64,000 nt of DNA from Lytechinus pictus (lineage: Eukaryota). The position numbers and the translations under genes were made by a program. This document shows, piece by piece, positions 23,818-37,707 of the stretch. Within the stretch, counting starts at the first letter, position 1. Every line of letters begins with the position of its first letter. Where the stretch lies: positions 4,714,001 through 4,778,000 of the forward strand of contig NC_087246.1 of assembly GCF_037042905.1 (NCBI RefSeq), given 5' to 3'. The notes under the pieces are model-generated. The model saw nothing but the letters and a program-made list of their open reading frames with translations. It searched no databases and was not told the origin of the DNA.

Positions 23818-23901
23818 TTCTACTGCTGGCCCAGGTTCTAGGAAGAATCAATCAAACAATAATGGAGACGATAGGAGAATGCCTAATGGGCACACAACAA
23901 G
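23818..23901 (+). CDS. RAD9: RAD9 exon 10 (disordered tail)
   Basis: STAGPGSRKNQSNNNGDDRRMPNGHTT; ttttag acceptor, gtgaga donor; 84 nt, phase 2/2. Supported by splice signals and phase, not homology. Confidence 0.7.
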
Positions 23902-24167
23902 GTGAGATAAGTGCATCAGCGTCCTCTTGTATAATATGGTGGAAGCTTTTTAAGAGTTATATCCTATTGCTGTAACTTTCAGACATCAATTTAAAGTTCA
24001 ATCTATTTTCTACAGTTTAAAAAAAAAAAAAAATATGATTGAAAGTGGTATGAAAAAGCAACAACCAACAGGAATACAACATACACATTATAGTTGTGGG
24101 AATAAGTGCCAAAGAGAACAATGGAACAGGAAAATTTGGTTTTAACTTCTAAATGATAATAATAATG

Positions 24168-24295
24168 GATGTGGGTGATGATGATTGCCATGATGATGAT
24201 GATGGTGATGGTGATGATGGTGATGGTGATGGTGATGATGATGGTGATGGTGATGATGATGATGGTGATGGTGATGATGGTGGTGGTGGTGATGG

Positions 24296-24339
<44 letters not shown>

Positions 24340-24341
24340 GT
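24168..24341. repeat. (GAT/GGT)n microsatellite in RAD9 intron 10
   Basis: Directly visible; explains the poly-His and poly-Asp ORFs. Confidence 0.95.
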
Positions 24342-24448
24342 GTAGTAAAAAGTAGAGTTGATGATTACTAACAGTAGCCAATCTTAGAATTCTGTTATAG
24401 GAAGTTAAACCTAGTTCACTGATCACTGTCTTTTTTTTTTTGTAAAAG

Positions 24449-24537
24449 AGATGAATATGAAGACGACTTTCCTGATGATCTAATGGCTGACTTATTAAAT
24501 AGGAATGAAAGGACAGTCAACCAAACAAATGAAAATG
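24449..24537 (+). CDS. RAD9: RAD9 exon 11 (acidic tail)
   Basis: DEYEDDFPDDLMADLLNRNERTVNQTNEN; poly-T tract plus aag acceptor, gttggt donor; bridges phase 2 to the phase 1 needed by exon 12. Confidence 0.7.
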
Positions 24538-25241
24538 GTTGGTATATAGTTTTTCCTCTTTCATACAAACGTTCCGTGTTAAAGGCTGTGTGTCATTTGT
24601 GAAATATGTAGACATGGCTACATGTTAATGATGTTGTATAAGCTGCTACAGAAATCCCCCACCAGTATAGCATAGCCAAAAAAGTCCAGCCTGATTAGGG
24701 TTAGAAATTAATTTTTCATATTTCATACATGTATAATGAAATAAATTGTGAATGTTTGACCTCAGTGGCTCTCTCATTTACATAAGTTCTATGATGTGCA
24801 TAAAATGTTCAAGAAAAACCTTTAAAATGCCATATCTTTATTATTTCATATCCAATTTGTAAATTAAAGTGTTGCCATTATTCTTGATTCATTTTCTCTT
24901 TTTTATTTGAATCAACTGGTCCCTTGCATGGACTTGGCCCTTATATATTTATGTTACAGGTCCTAGACGTGGCAATAAATAATTATTTAATTTTCATGAT
25001 ATGATATGTTTATTTCATCAACATGGGTGAGACTGTTCTCAAAACCATAACAAACACCGTGAAATCAACCGATATGTAGATTTAGATAGACATATTTTAA
25101 GATTATTAACCTGCATACTGTATGATATTTGCTTATTAATCTGCCAGCAATATTTGGCAAAAGTGGTTATCAAGAGGAATTCAAGCATGAATTGAATGGA
25201 AACACATATTCTTATGTTAAACCATCCATTTGTTTATACAG

Positions 25242-25630
25242 TTGCTACAGGGCCTCCTGTTTCATCCAGGCTAGACCCTACCCCATCCACTTCCAAGGAC
25301 AATGACGACACAGCTTTCACATCCAGCCCTGTCATCCCCTTTGACTCCGCCCTTAGTCACAGGTTTCAGAAGACGGTCAACGATCAGAGTCACCATGATG
25401 ACCGTCTCCATCCACCAGAGTCAGCGGAGGAGGAGGGGCATAAAAGTCCTAACAGGACCTTACTGGCTAACTTCATGGATGATGACAGCAGGGAAAGTTT
25501 AGGTGATGGTGGTGGACCTTCACTCATCAGAGATGAGGGAGGAGGAGGGGATAGAAATAGTGATGTAGACCTTGATGATGATGACGATGATGAATTCAAC
25601 TTCATCCCGGCCACTCCTCCAAGCAAAAAA
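25242..25630 (+). CDS. RAD9: RAD9 exon 12
   Basis: Open frame ending DDDDDEFNFIPATPPSKK, similar to human RAD9A VPGTPPPKK; tacag acceptor, gtgagt donor. Confidence 0.88.
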
Positions 25631-26372
25631 GTGAGTTTGTACAGTATTATGCTCCCTGATTTGATACTTGATTAGAAAATATCTTGCAGCTTTTTAACTC
25701 TTTGTGTGCTGGGCCATGAACCCCTCTGTGCTGAATTATTTTCAGGGAGGGAAACAATGGATTGTTTGTTTGAGCATGTAATGCGAAGTTTGCGTGGCAC
25801 CAAGTATGCATTGGTGCAAAGTTCGCGTGGAAAGGGTTAAACAAATCTATACTGGATCTATATAGAGCAGTGGAAGCCCAGCTCTTAGATTGTAATGCTC
25901 ATGTGCAATTTGGGGATCAAATAGAAGATTGGATTAGTCTGTATTGAATGTAGTAATAAAAATGTTGGAATAGTTTTCATAATTTCTGGTAAAGTTCATT
26001 TTCAGTGTATTTCTCGCCAGGTTTCTTCTATGACCTTTTCCTACAGCATCCCTACTGTATATTGCTACTCAGTCTATACAAATCCATTACTTTTAGAATT
26101 AACCCTTTGAAATGTTGGTTTGGGAGTTGAAGCTCTATGTAAAACAGAATTATCTAAGCAAGAATGATGAATTTTTCTAATCCAAACTTTAAATATATTA
26201 TAAACCATCAAACAAAGCCTTGTACTTACATACATTTTTTTTCTTCTTATGAAAACTCATGGGTGAGAAGAAATATTATTGCAGAAAAGAACCTAAGTTG
26301 ATCATTCCGTTCACATGATGTGGAAACAGACTGTTCAATGTGGTTTGCTTTATTCTTTGTTTTGCTTTACAG

Positions 26373-26507
26373 TTTAAATCTATGTTCTTTGGTGCGTCAC
26401 AGTCCCAGCAATCACAGAGCAGTACCCAGAGGAGTAGACCCCCTCCATCTCAGCCCCATCAGGGAGGGGCTGTAACAGTACTGGCAGAGGATAGTGATGA
26501 AGACTGA
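26373..26507 (+). CDS. RAD9: RAD9 terminal exon 13
   Basis: FKSMFFGASQSQQSQSSTQ...VTVLAEDSDED-stop, matching human RAD9A FRSLFFG...VLAEDSEGEG. Confidence 0.93.
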   Translation, partial: FKSMFFGASQSQQSQSSTQRSRPPPSQPHQGGAVTVLAEDSDED

Positions 26508-28464
26508 TATGAGCTACATATTCTACTACATCCTAGAGAAGTGCCAGGCTTGTTATGCCCTCAGTGGGCTGTGACAGTGATTCAGATTCCTTAGTCTGCC
26601 CATCCTTGAGAGACATTAAGGATAGTTATTGATTGTCTGTGACAGTCATCAAAATGGGATATGATATTCATCTTCAAAATTCAAATCTTATGGGGCAGTG
26701 GATAGTGATAAAGGCTACTATAGGTTTTTATATTTCACCCCAGCGTAGATGAGAGATGTTCCATTCTTCTCACCCTAGATAGGAAATGGCTGGTGCACTA
26801 TTGGTGGAAGGATATATTTTTATATTTCACTCCATCTCTAAGGGCAGTTTATTCCCATCTAAGAGAATGGTCTGGCATTACACGCTAGGTAACAGGCCTG
26901 TAATGTCATCGCCATCACTTAGCCAGGGAGGCCTGTTATAGATGCTAGCAAAGGATAAGGATAGTGGATGATAGTTCAAGCTCTGCTGTAAATCCTTGTA
27001 CCATGTGTGTGCTCACATTCATGGGGAAATGCATTCCAAGGTATGGAAGAAAAGTGATAATGGCTTTATGAAGTACTAGAACATATTCTGTCAAATCAGA
27101 TTCTTTATAGTCATTTTAGATTAAAACATGATCTTGAATTTCTGGTTGCAAACAAGCATTTGAATGTAAAGTTCATTATTTGTCAAAATTTGATTTTAGT
27201 TAGAAAAATTTACTCCTACTTATAAAAAAGAATCCAGGAAAATTGTGACGATCTAATCCAGCCAGTCTAATGTTCTAGTCTGATATAAAGTCATGCTTAC
27301 CTTACAAACAACTTTATGCTGTAGGATATATCAACATATAATAACATAGTCTTACATTTTCACATAATATTGAAAAAATATTGAGTGTAATGCATTTCAG
27401 AAAGCAGAATTGCCTTGTGGTAACGGTTGGGTATTACAACTTTTAGAGACATACCTAGTATGCCATTCCTGCTGTGATAATCAAATGCAAACTTGAAATA
27501 TCATGTACATGTAGCCCTCATTTAATTCACAGTTCTAAGAGAATGTAGCCATGAACTTTATTGAGGTCAGATAATAATGTTGTAGTAGCCGTGAATGTTC
27601 TACAAAAGTAAAGTTTATTATAGTTTAGACAAACAGATTTTATCATTCTATTATAATGATATTATGCGTTTATAGGGTCAAAGCCACTGAAGATGACCAA
27701 TTCGACATTCAGAATTGTGAACAAATGAAGTTTTCTCAAAATCATTGTGACCCCAAAAGAATGAAAGGCCACACTTAGGACTGAGTCAAAACGTTTAGAT
27801 GTTGTTTAAATGATCTTTAAAGCATGAACGTTTTCTAATTTTTACAACTGTTTGACTATGTTACATCCATGAAATGGCCATCTGTTTTCTATATTTTCTT
27901 GGAATTGTCTTGATTTAGTTGGAAAATATCAAGAACATGAAGAATGTTCACTTCTTTCTTGATTCTGAAAGATCAAACCTAAAAGGATTTGATTATGAAT
28001 TGAGATTCTAGTCAATATCGAAAGCAATATCATTTTGTGAAAGATATGAGACTATCTAAGGGGGCTTTTGTGTCCGATTTTGGACCAGCTATGTGTATAA
28101 GCCCAAGTGAAGACATGTGGTAAATGAATCACGGAATGCTGATAATCTATGTATGTTTCATGTGAAATAATATATTGCTTATAAAGTTTCAAACATATAC
28201 CGGTATGGCAAGGATAACATATATTACACATGTATATGGTTCAGAGTTATGATAAAATTAATAAATACATTATAGGCTGCATGGCTCATTATGATAAATA
28301 TAAAGTTTCAAACAATATGGCAGGGATAAATATGGTAACCACATCATAAATGGCTGAAAGTTATGATAAACATGAGAATAAATTAAAGTCAAAGTACCTG
28401 ATAACTGGTATGTGAGAGCTCTAAGTACTCGTATTTGCATTCAGCTTGCTATTTAAAGCATTTA

Positions 28465-29163
28465 GCTTTGAATGCAATGGGTTTTTGTCAGACAAAATGC
28501 CTGCTTTAAAGATTCTTGTTGAGAGACTCTTGGATCTTCAGTGTGGCAAAGAACTTGATCACGATCAACCCATGTTTTATCAGGTGAGGTCGGCGACATG
28601 AATGTATTTTCCTTCACTTTGCCACTTGCAGCATTCATGACAGTTATGTTTATCTCTTTGTCATCTGTTTCGATATCTTGACCGACATACCAGTCATCAT
28701 ACACTGTGGCAGCCCATTCCTCCGGATGAATACTTGGGTTGACCCTTCGGAGGTTTGTCAGTGGTAGGATTCTCATGTGGTTCAATTGTCATCGGCCTCT
28801 CTGACATTGGATGAGCCATCTTTTGTGGATTGTCAGATGTTCTGTGATGTCCATCCATATCACACATCGGCACTGCTGTGTCGGGAGCACAGAGTTTGGA
28901 CAACAATCTTCACAATAGCAAGAGAGCTCATGAGTTAGGAACTTCTGGTCACGTACAACTGCATGCAGTTTTAATGTGCCTGCAGTTGACTTCACTGAAG
29001 ACCATTTCTCTTGGATTTCTTCTTTGGTTAATGCAAATTCAACTCTGCTAAAAGAGCTGTATGTGATCTTACTCTCTTCCCATTCCTTCGAAGCCAGCCG
29101 TGTTGTATGACCACTGTCTCTCTTTTGACAGCTTCATCTGCAAGACTCTTTATTGTTCCTCCT
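28465..29163 (-). pseudogene. Decayed DNA-transposase C-terminal fragment (Sola2-like, inferred)
   Basis: Frameshifted segments GGTIKSLADEAVKR, GTLKLHAV...SCYCEDC and WAATVYDDWYVG...F.SP..PDKTWV...VLC. Confidence 0.65.
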
Positions 29164-31270
29164 CTGGGCAGATATCTTAGTAGATGCTACTTATTCAATG
29201 CCTTCAATTCATCAATGTTGTGTCAGGATTATGTTTACAACCGATCAAACTTATTTTTTTTTTGAAAATATTTGAATTCATTTGAATAAATCGTATGATT
29301 CCATCATATGACCTCTACTTATTCAGTCAAATCTGCCTTGTTGATTTCACAGTTAAGAGATAAATGAGATAAAGAGATAAATGTACAATTTTATTTATTT
29401 TTGACCTGCATGAAATGAAAGTCAAACGTGGTCTGGTTCATGGTTAGTTTTGTACTGCTGAAGTAACAAAGGACCATCATATTTAGAACCTATCCAAGCG
29501 ACCTACTACATATGTTGAATTGATTTTAAGGGTTTAATAAAGAATTAAGTCTATTGATATTTTCTTAGAATTCTTCTGTCTTTAATACACCTTTGTACTG
29601 ATAAGTTATTCTTGGTTAATCAAGCACTCTAGCCATCAAGGTAGCTTTTCTTGTACAAAAGTGAAAGATATCAAAACTTAAAAAGATTTTATTATACCAG
29701 TTTGCCATTGTTCAGCATTCACTTGCTTCTAAGGCCTTTGTCCTCCTAACTAGGCCACTTGGTTGTGATGCCACATCTCTGCTGAGTTATTGTGCCTCTA
29801 TATAATTCAGTCAAATTTTTTTTTTATAATAGATTCCACTGTTACATGTCTATATTTCATGAATCTTCTTTTGATCTATTAGAAAGATTATTTATATATA
29901 TTCACTTTACTGTTATCAAGTGTTTGATATTTTATGATGAAATGTGTGACATTGTGATGATTATTAAATCTCTTCTTTAAACCCATGATGAAATATTACT
30001 GATGGACTCTTTATATGACTTGGATATCACATATTTTTTCACACCACCATGCAAACCTTCAAACATCATATGACTTAGATTCGTGAGAAAACTTGAAAGT
30101 AAAATTCATTAAAAATATATATATATATTTAAATTCTGAATTGTGTGTGATCTTTCAAGTCTCACAATTTTCCTAATTTTATCAGAGATGAAGCTTGTTT
30201 GGAGTAATTCTACAATTGATGAAATAATCAGTTCTATTTTGTTTCCAGAACTTCTAAAAGATATGAATACATGAGTAGTCACATGTAAATAAAAATGATA
30301 TAAAAGTATGAACATTCCCTTGTATGATGTCCCTGACCTTTAACACAGGGGAATTTGATGGAGCCTGACTATATCCAGTCTTTATTTTCCATATAATTCA
30401 TAGTTGAATTGAGGGGGAAGTCCAGCCTGAAATCAAATTCATTTTAAATAAAAAAAAGAAACCATCAAAATAAAAGAGACATTTCAATGAAGGTTTGATG
30501 ACAATTCATCAAAGAATTATAATAAAAGTTATGAATTCAAAAAGTTTTTTGTTACATCACATGTGAAAAGCTGTACCATAGGTCATATATTTCCCATATC
30601 TTATTTTCAATGGTTTGTGATGATGAAAATGTGTCTTACTGAATCACGTGAGATATAATGTTTCTGAGGATATAGGGAATGCACACTCGGGTATTAAAAA
30701 TTATTTTCAATTTTCTGAAAATATTGTATTTAATGTAAATGTCATGTAGTATATACCATAATACATGGGGAGCTGCTAGCATGTGACATCCCAATATAAA
30801 AGTGAAAAATATAAACAATTTTATTATTTAACCAAGACCTTCATCAATATATTTCCCCCAGTTTGTAATCTTTTATAAAATCCAACTCAATATCAGGGTA
30901 AACTTGCACTCAGTGAGATTTCATGTCCCAGTTCAAATCATTGTAAATAGTTTTTTTCTTTTAAGTGGTATAAACAGATCTGCCACCACCCCCACCCCCT
31001 TCCTCCGTCTTATAAAGGAGTCCCAGCTATGAAAAGCCAACATCATCATCCTCTAGAATGCATCCATACCCTCTCAAACATGACCTATCAATCACATCCC
31101 TGTGTGGTTAGATGAGGAATATGCATAATTAAAAAGAGAAACACTCTTCAATCTGTGATATTCAACAGCTGATCCTGGCCCCAGTCAAAGCAATTTTAGA
31201 CATGAAATACATATTGATATCACATAGAAGTTCAATTTCTTCTAAATCAAAAAGATTTTTAGTGTGTGCT

Positions 31271-31830
31271 TTCAAGTACGATGTTGAAATCTGGTATTGG
31301 TGTTGTGACAACACCAGCCACAACACTGTACTTGCAATCAGGCTGGTGTTGAATGTTGTCTGCTGAACCCAGAATTGAGGCTGGTGTTGACGATCTACGT
31401 GTAATTTTCCCATTCACCAACACCAACCCCCAGGGATCGGGAAAATTGTGATTTCAAGTTCGGTGTTGGTGCTGGCAATCTCAAGCTCACGAACACGATG
31501 AAACATCCCCGTAAATTAGCTTTTACATTTAAGATGAGTACAAATCACTTGAGCTTTATATATTTTGAAGAACAATAATATTTACTCTTTCGAATTTGAG
31601 TTGATTAAAGCGTTGGCATTCTGTACGATGAGAATTTAATGCAATTTCTCCCCGATTTCACTTTCGTTGTCAAGAAGTTCTCGCGCAAAGTTTAGAAGAT
31701 CAGCAGTGCAGAGTCATGACTTAATAGGCTATCGAGAACGCGATCGGTATCGTTCTTCTGAGCCCAGCTCGGTGTTGGAGCTCGGTTCAGGGGCATCTTT
31801 ATGCTCTCAACACCGAACACCGTACTTGAA
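31271..31830. mobile_element. MITE with ggtgttg subterminal repeats
   Basis: TIR ttcaagtacg / cgtacttgaa; repeated ggtgttg / caacacc motifs. Confidence 0.6.
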
Positions 31831-31936
31831 TCACCCATTGTCTCCAAAAGATTCTGCTCAAGCAAAGTTACTTTTATATTTACTTTCAACCTGATGGAAA
31901 CTAGTTTATACTAATTTTCTATTTACTGTACCTTAG

Positions 31937-32431
31937 AGGGGAAGTTCAACCTGAAAAAAAGTTTGTTGTAAAAATAGCAAAAAAATTAACAAAAAATACT
32001 GGTGAAGGTTTGATGAAAATCAATAAAAGGTTAACAAACTTATTAGAACATTGTTTTGGATTTGTGACGTCATAAACGAGCAGCTGCCTTATACATGTAT
32101 ATTATATAAAATAAACTGCATAAATTTCAATTTTTTAATGGTTCCTAATGACAAATTCTTGTTTTCTTTTTAGGAACGGGTGTGAAATGATTTATCTATT
32201 GATATACTGAAGGTACAGTACAAACCATTTTCAATTTTCTGAAAAAGTGACATTTCATTGATTATTTTAATACCCTAATGATATGTAGGAAAGCTGCTCA
32301 CATAGGCCGTCACTAATCAAATAATTAAAATTCTAATAACTTTGATGGATTTTTCTCAAACCTTCAATATTTTTTTCCTTATTTTTTCAGCTATCTTTAC
32401 AACAAACATTTTGTCAGGGTGAACTTCCCCT
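31937..32431. mobile_element. Kolobok-like MITE
   Basis: aggggaagttcaacctga ... tcagggtgaacttcccct. Confidence 0.75.
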
Positions 32432-35400
32432 CTAAACAATACATGTACAATCGATGAAGACCATTATAAATCAAATATAATGTGAAAAATCTCTTTTATT
32501 TTATTGGCAAATAAAACAATATACATTCTATCATATCTGTCAATATAATATACACTGACAAGATTTCATTCTTTATTAAAACATGTATTTATGAGAGGTC
32601 TCCTTCCATGCCCACTTTCAAAGTAAAAACACACAAAAACTGATCCATCTCTCCGTATAATAAACATGTACGTGTCAGGGTACTGTACAGGACAGAATTA
32701 GAGCAGAGAGATAGTTTTTCTGTCCAACCAATCACAAACAAGCTTCCAGCTGTGTCCTGATGAAAGATCATTTCTGATTGGACGGCTGAAAAATTCATTA
32801 CAGTGAATTATCTTTAGAGCTTTACATACTATATGTAACATTAAAAAAATGGAAAATTCATTGAAATTGAGGAGGAATGGAGGATGTATTAATTCTAGCA
32901 TAATAGTAATTGAATATCACTTTAAAGCAAGAAATATTTTCCAATAATAGGGTATAATAAAGTCAATCTTGCTAACATGGCAATTATCCGAATTACTTTG
33001 GAAATGCATTCACAAAGCCAAAATCTGGTCCCGATGCTGCTATTATGCGGATAATTGCAGCATCGAAATAATGCGGATAACTCTGGTCCTGCTCCGATTT
33101 TACAACCAAATTGTGCGGATATTATCCGCATAATTGGGTTTGTGAAAGGGGTATTAAAATAAATGCATCGTTGTGAAACCTGCGGACGGGTGTAAATTGA
33201 AAGTGTGCTGGTTCTAAAGACATGAATCTTGTGCACCAGCCACTAAACAAGTCTAGTCTGAATGTTTCACAATTATAAAGTACATGTATCTCTTACCAAG
33301 AGAAAGATTCGCTTTGAATACAATTCTTTCCAGCTAAATGAGGCCCATAACAAAGACTTGTATATCATTGATTTCATCATAAATAAACAACCTTTCACCT
33401 TTGATACAATTTGTTATGAATGACTGGTTACAAGCTAGTGTTAAAAGCTACTGAAATCATGTCACATGTTAAGATAAAATGACACTCTCATAGAATTCTA
33501 GCTCCTGCTACCAACAAATTTTATGGAACAGGAAACAATTTTTTTTTTAAAGACAAACTTTAACATAAAAGACATCATATGTAGTTATAAGATAAAACTG
33601 AGGATATTTCTGCAACAATTTCTGACTGGATTATAATAGTTCACATCATGTTCACCCAGCACCAAATAAATATTGCAATACATAATATTAAATATATAAA
33701 ACAATGACCCTTTTCTGACTTTATACAAATAGCAGACAGCATAAAAGGACTGAAAATAAAAAATAAAACAAATATTATAATCAAATGAAATCATTGATAT
33801 GTTGACAATGCAAAGCCTAGGATTTCTGTCTTTTTACTCGTATTATATCAATTTTGATATGTTCTTGATTAAACACAAAAAAAAATCAAATTCCAATGTT
33901 TAATAACTTATTAAAAAATACAGAGAAAACCACACTTGGAAGTGTTTTACTGATTTCCATAAATGATGCAGACTCCATTTGTACATGTACAATGTATGAT
34001 AAAGCAACATAGTTAATACTTTGTTATCCAAAGAATCTCTTGCAGAATTCTGAAGATTTCATGCCAATTCATCATACAGACAGCAAAAGAAACCACTAAG
34101 TGTAGTATGTATCATGAAGCTGGCCAAGCAAATGAATGATACATCATAAAGAGACATTTTTTTTACAACAAAAAAGAAGAAAATTATCCAGTTCAGAAGC
34201 ACTATGTTTTACAGTCAATCTTGTATAAACCAGAAAATTGCTGGATGTCACATGATCTTTATTGTCTTGTCAAAGTCATATATATTTCTAAATATACTAA
34301 GCAACGATTTTATGTGATAATGACTGCTCTAATCTAAAAAAAGTACTGTCATTTGCCTTTCCCATTTTAAAGCAATTTGGCCTTGATGCCAAGACAACTT
34401 CACTATTAAAGTGGAATATATAACAACGCTGCTCTTATTTTATGAAGGTTGAATGAAGCTTGTCGTGGGTTGAAATAAATGTATACATAGTATGAATCAA
34501 TTTAGAAGATTTTTGTTTGTATCAAGATGCCCACAAGTGACATTTTGTTACGAGATCTGGCATAGAATGTAGCTTTTGAAAAACATTGAAATTCAGGGTC
34601 TGTAAAAATAGTGATGTATGAAGAAAAGAAGAATTCACAATATTTGGATGGTAGATGGTGCAATTTCAATTAATTTAAATAAAAATTCCTCCACATACAT
34701 ATCTGTATTATAAATGTCAATTACTTCTGGTGGGTATTTCATAAGCTGCTCGTAAGTTACAAACAACTTTACGATAAAATTGGCAGTCCTTTCTTGTAGT
34801 ATTACACCAAATGTTCATTGATGTTGATTCAGTTGATGTTGATCCTAGAAAGGATAATCATCGCTCGTAACTTACAGTTTTAAAAGTTGTTTTAATTGAT
34901 CAAGTTTAACTTCCCTTGCAAAGTTGGTGTTCCATCAGCTACAAGTAGTTTGATATCCAAACTCCCAACTCAAATCTGAAACCCTCTTAACATATGCACA
35001 GTATGAAACTCCTTCAGTCAAAACTTAAAGATTATCCAGATTGTGAACAGAATTCAATAATTTACTTCAAGAAGTCTGAAGAGAAAGGCTATCCGACTGT
35101 GAAAGAGACCATTATACAATACAAATCACACACAAGATTCAATATATATATATTGCAATATGGTACACAATATGTTCACTTAAAATCAGCACATCAATTG
35201 AAAAAAAAACACAATTCAGTTGACAATTTACAGTGAAAACAAACTAGTGTGTTTTTGTCCCTCTTTTTGTGGTTAACAACTGATGCTATAACTTGTGCAA
35301 GAGAACATAACATTTCACATCATTCACATGAATTAATACTAAATGGAAGAGTGAAAAAGAGCATGTTAAAACATGCTGTATACATGTAGCAAGCACAGTG

Positions 35401-36934
35401 TGCTAAAAGGAGAAAGAATAAGAGACACTTCACTGAATAAACTGTTTGATAGCACTTCTGCTTGGTGAAGTAACTGATCTTAAAGGGCGTTCAGAAAGCT
35501 GTTTATAAAGTTTAGCATGTCTTTGGATATGAATTGCAATAATGTGAATCCACACTCGTTTCTAATATTTTCACTAAATAAGACTGAGCTTCTTGTATTG
35601 TGATTAAGAATGAACCTTGAATTGAATTAAACAAAGTCATCTCCATCATACTATTGTCCATGAACATAGTATACATTTCAACTATTCCATGAAGTGATAA
35701 TGATTGATCGAGTATGAAGGTTTTCTGTAACAGAAAATTATTTTGTTGAATTGCTTCACCTGGATTCAGATTACAATATTCTCAGAACCAAAAAAAAATT
35801 ATTGAACAGAAAAAAAAATGATTCAGATATTGCTGCTTCTCTAAAATGATGAATATAATAAATACCATAAATTAGCATGTACATGTATCTCTTCAATAAA
35901 AAAAAACAATAATTCATAAAATAAAATAGAAACATGACTAGCATGCCTTGCAAATTATTGAGAGAGTTATAGACGTATAGGCTTGACAACACTGTAATAA
36001 ACTGTTTCACCAATATGACCATACAATCATTTTATGAATAACATTTGGTCTTTATATATAAAATTTATGATTATTATTAATGAATTCATTAATGGACACT
36101 GCCTACATGATAATATTGTTTTAACTCTTATTTCACCAGACTGCATACCCTGATGATCCCGTCTGTTTTCCACTTTAAAAACCCAACCAGGATAAACCTC
36201 TTAAAAGGACACAGCTGATCCTGGTTGGGGGTAGAAAGACATTGGGATCACTGGATTTCTTATCTGGGAGATCCTTTAAAGGATATGGATGTCATGGGCA
36301 TTGACTGAGAAATGGTTGGGTGAGACAAAGATTGCCTCATTCCTGACCAGATACCTCTTCCTCTATGTTGAAGGTAACCTACAACAACAAACACCATGAA
36401 TTGTTAGTTCTTTCCTCAGCATCTCCTTGCACCATTGATGTTCGACCATCAGTATAGATGGATAGATAAGCTTTAATATGTAGAAGCAACATGAATATCC
36501 ACCTCTTTAGCATAGCAGTCTTGAGGAAACTGACCTCTTATTGATAGAGGGGAGGGCAAACCATGTTTTTGCCAAAGATACAGAAGCTTTTCCCTCAACA
36601 TCGCCTGTAAACAAGCTGCACAACGAACAGATTATACACCCATCTCAAACTGTTGACTTTTATATATAGACCATGAATCGGAGAGTACATCTGAACTTTT
36701 ACTTCCAAGGATCACAATAACTTCCTCTCGGTTGCTCCCTCATCCATCCTTTGATCCCAAAACCATATTCCATCCTCTTGTTTCTGGCCTAGCTAACAAG
36801 TCTCCATATATATAATCTATTCACAAGATAAACTGTTTCAGGACTGCAATCTGAGGTACCAAAATACCAAACAGTCTGTTATAGAGTCTACAAGGGAAAC
36901 CGCCTCTCTCTCTCAAGACGGAGGTGAGTGAGTG

Positions 36935-37002
36935 CTATGTGTCGTCATCGCTGTCATAGCCAACCGTTGACATCAGGACGGTGATATCATCTGGCTTACC
37001 AC
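36935..37002 (-). CDS. PPTC7: PPTC7 terminal coding exon
   Basis: (G)GKPDDITVLMSTVGYDSDDDT-stop, containing the PP2C GGKPDDIT motif; cacag acceptor. Confidence 0.94.
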
Positions 37003-37577
37003 CTGTGAATCAAATAAAGAATGAGCAAAAATAGGAGTAATCTACAAAGTTAGCAAAACATTTCCTAGCTATAAAGCTCATCTCAATAATTGTTGAATCA
37101 AAAGGTGTTTTCTACACAATTCTTGTGTAGAAAATACCTTTTAATTCAGGTGGAGAGTTGGGTAAACTAACATTGTGAATGTTTCTGTGCATTGAAAAAT
37201 TGAGATAAATAAGATGAGGATTTTTTTATTGAAAGTGCAAAGAAGGAAAAGGGGGTGTGAGGTAAACTTCAGTTCAGATGATATCTGCATCAGATTTACA
37301 TATAACAAATTGAACTTTGGGAAATAGGTAATACATGTTAGACATTGCAATGTGAGGTAAGGGTATCGTTGAATTGGTATGTCTGAAATAATATAATTTT
37401 CCCAATGCAGAGTGCATGTACACAGAAACACAATGAGACCAACATCAAGCTTGGCAATATATATATGTCTAAGTTTGATAACATAAGTTAACAACTACAC
37501 CATTTATACCAAGTTTGAACTTGGGGGAGTTTGCATTTTTTTATACTAAAAATATGAAAGGCAATATTTGTTCATAC

Positions 37578-37707
37578 CTGTAAACTCCATTCCATTCTCC
37601 CTTGCATGCATAGCAAATGGTGACATGTAGGTTGGGTCATACGCTAAGCGTCTTGCTTTAGCTGCAATATCATTGACTGTTTTCTGTACACTGGAAAATG
37701 TGTTGTC
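37578..37707 (-). CDS. PPTC7: PPTC7 penultimate exon
   Basis: DNTFSSVQKTVNDIAAKARRLAYDPTYMSPFAMHARENGMEFT(G); tacag acceptor, gtatga donor. Confidence 0.94.

Noticed and set aside
24142..24426. Poly-His and poly-Asp ORFs
   Set aside because: Translation of an intronic (GAT/GGT)n microsatellite.
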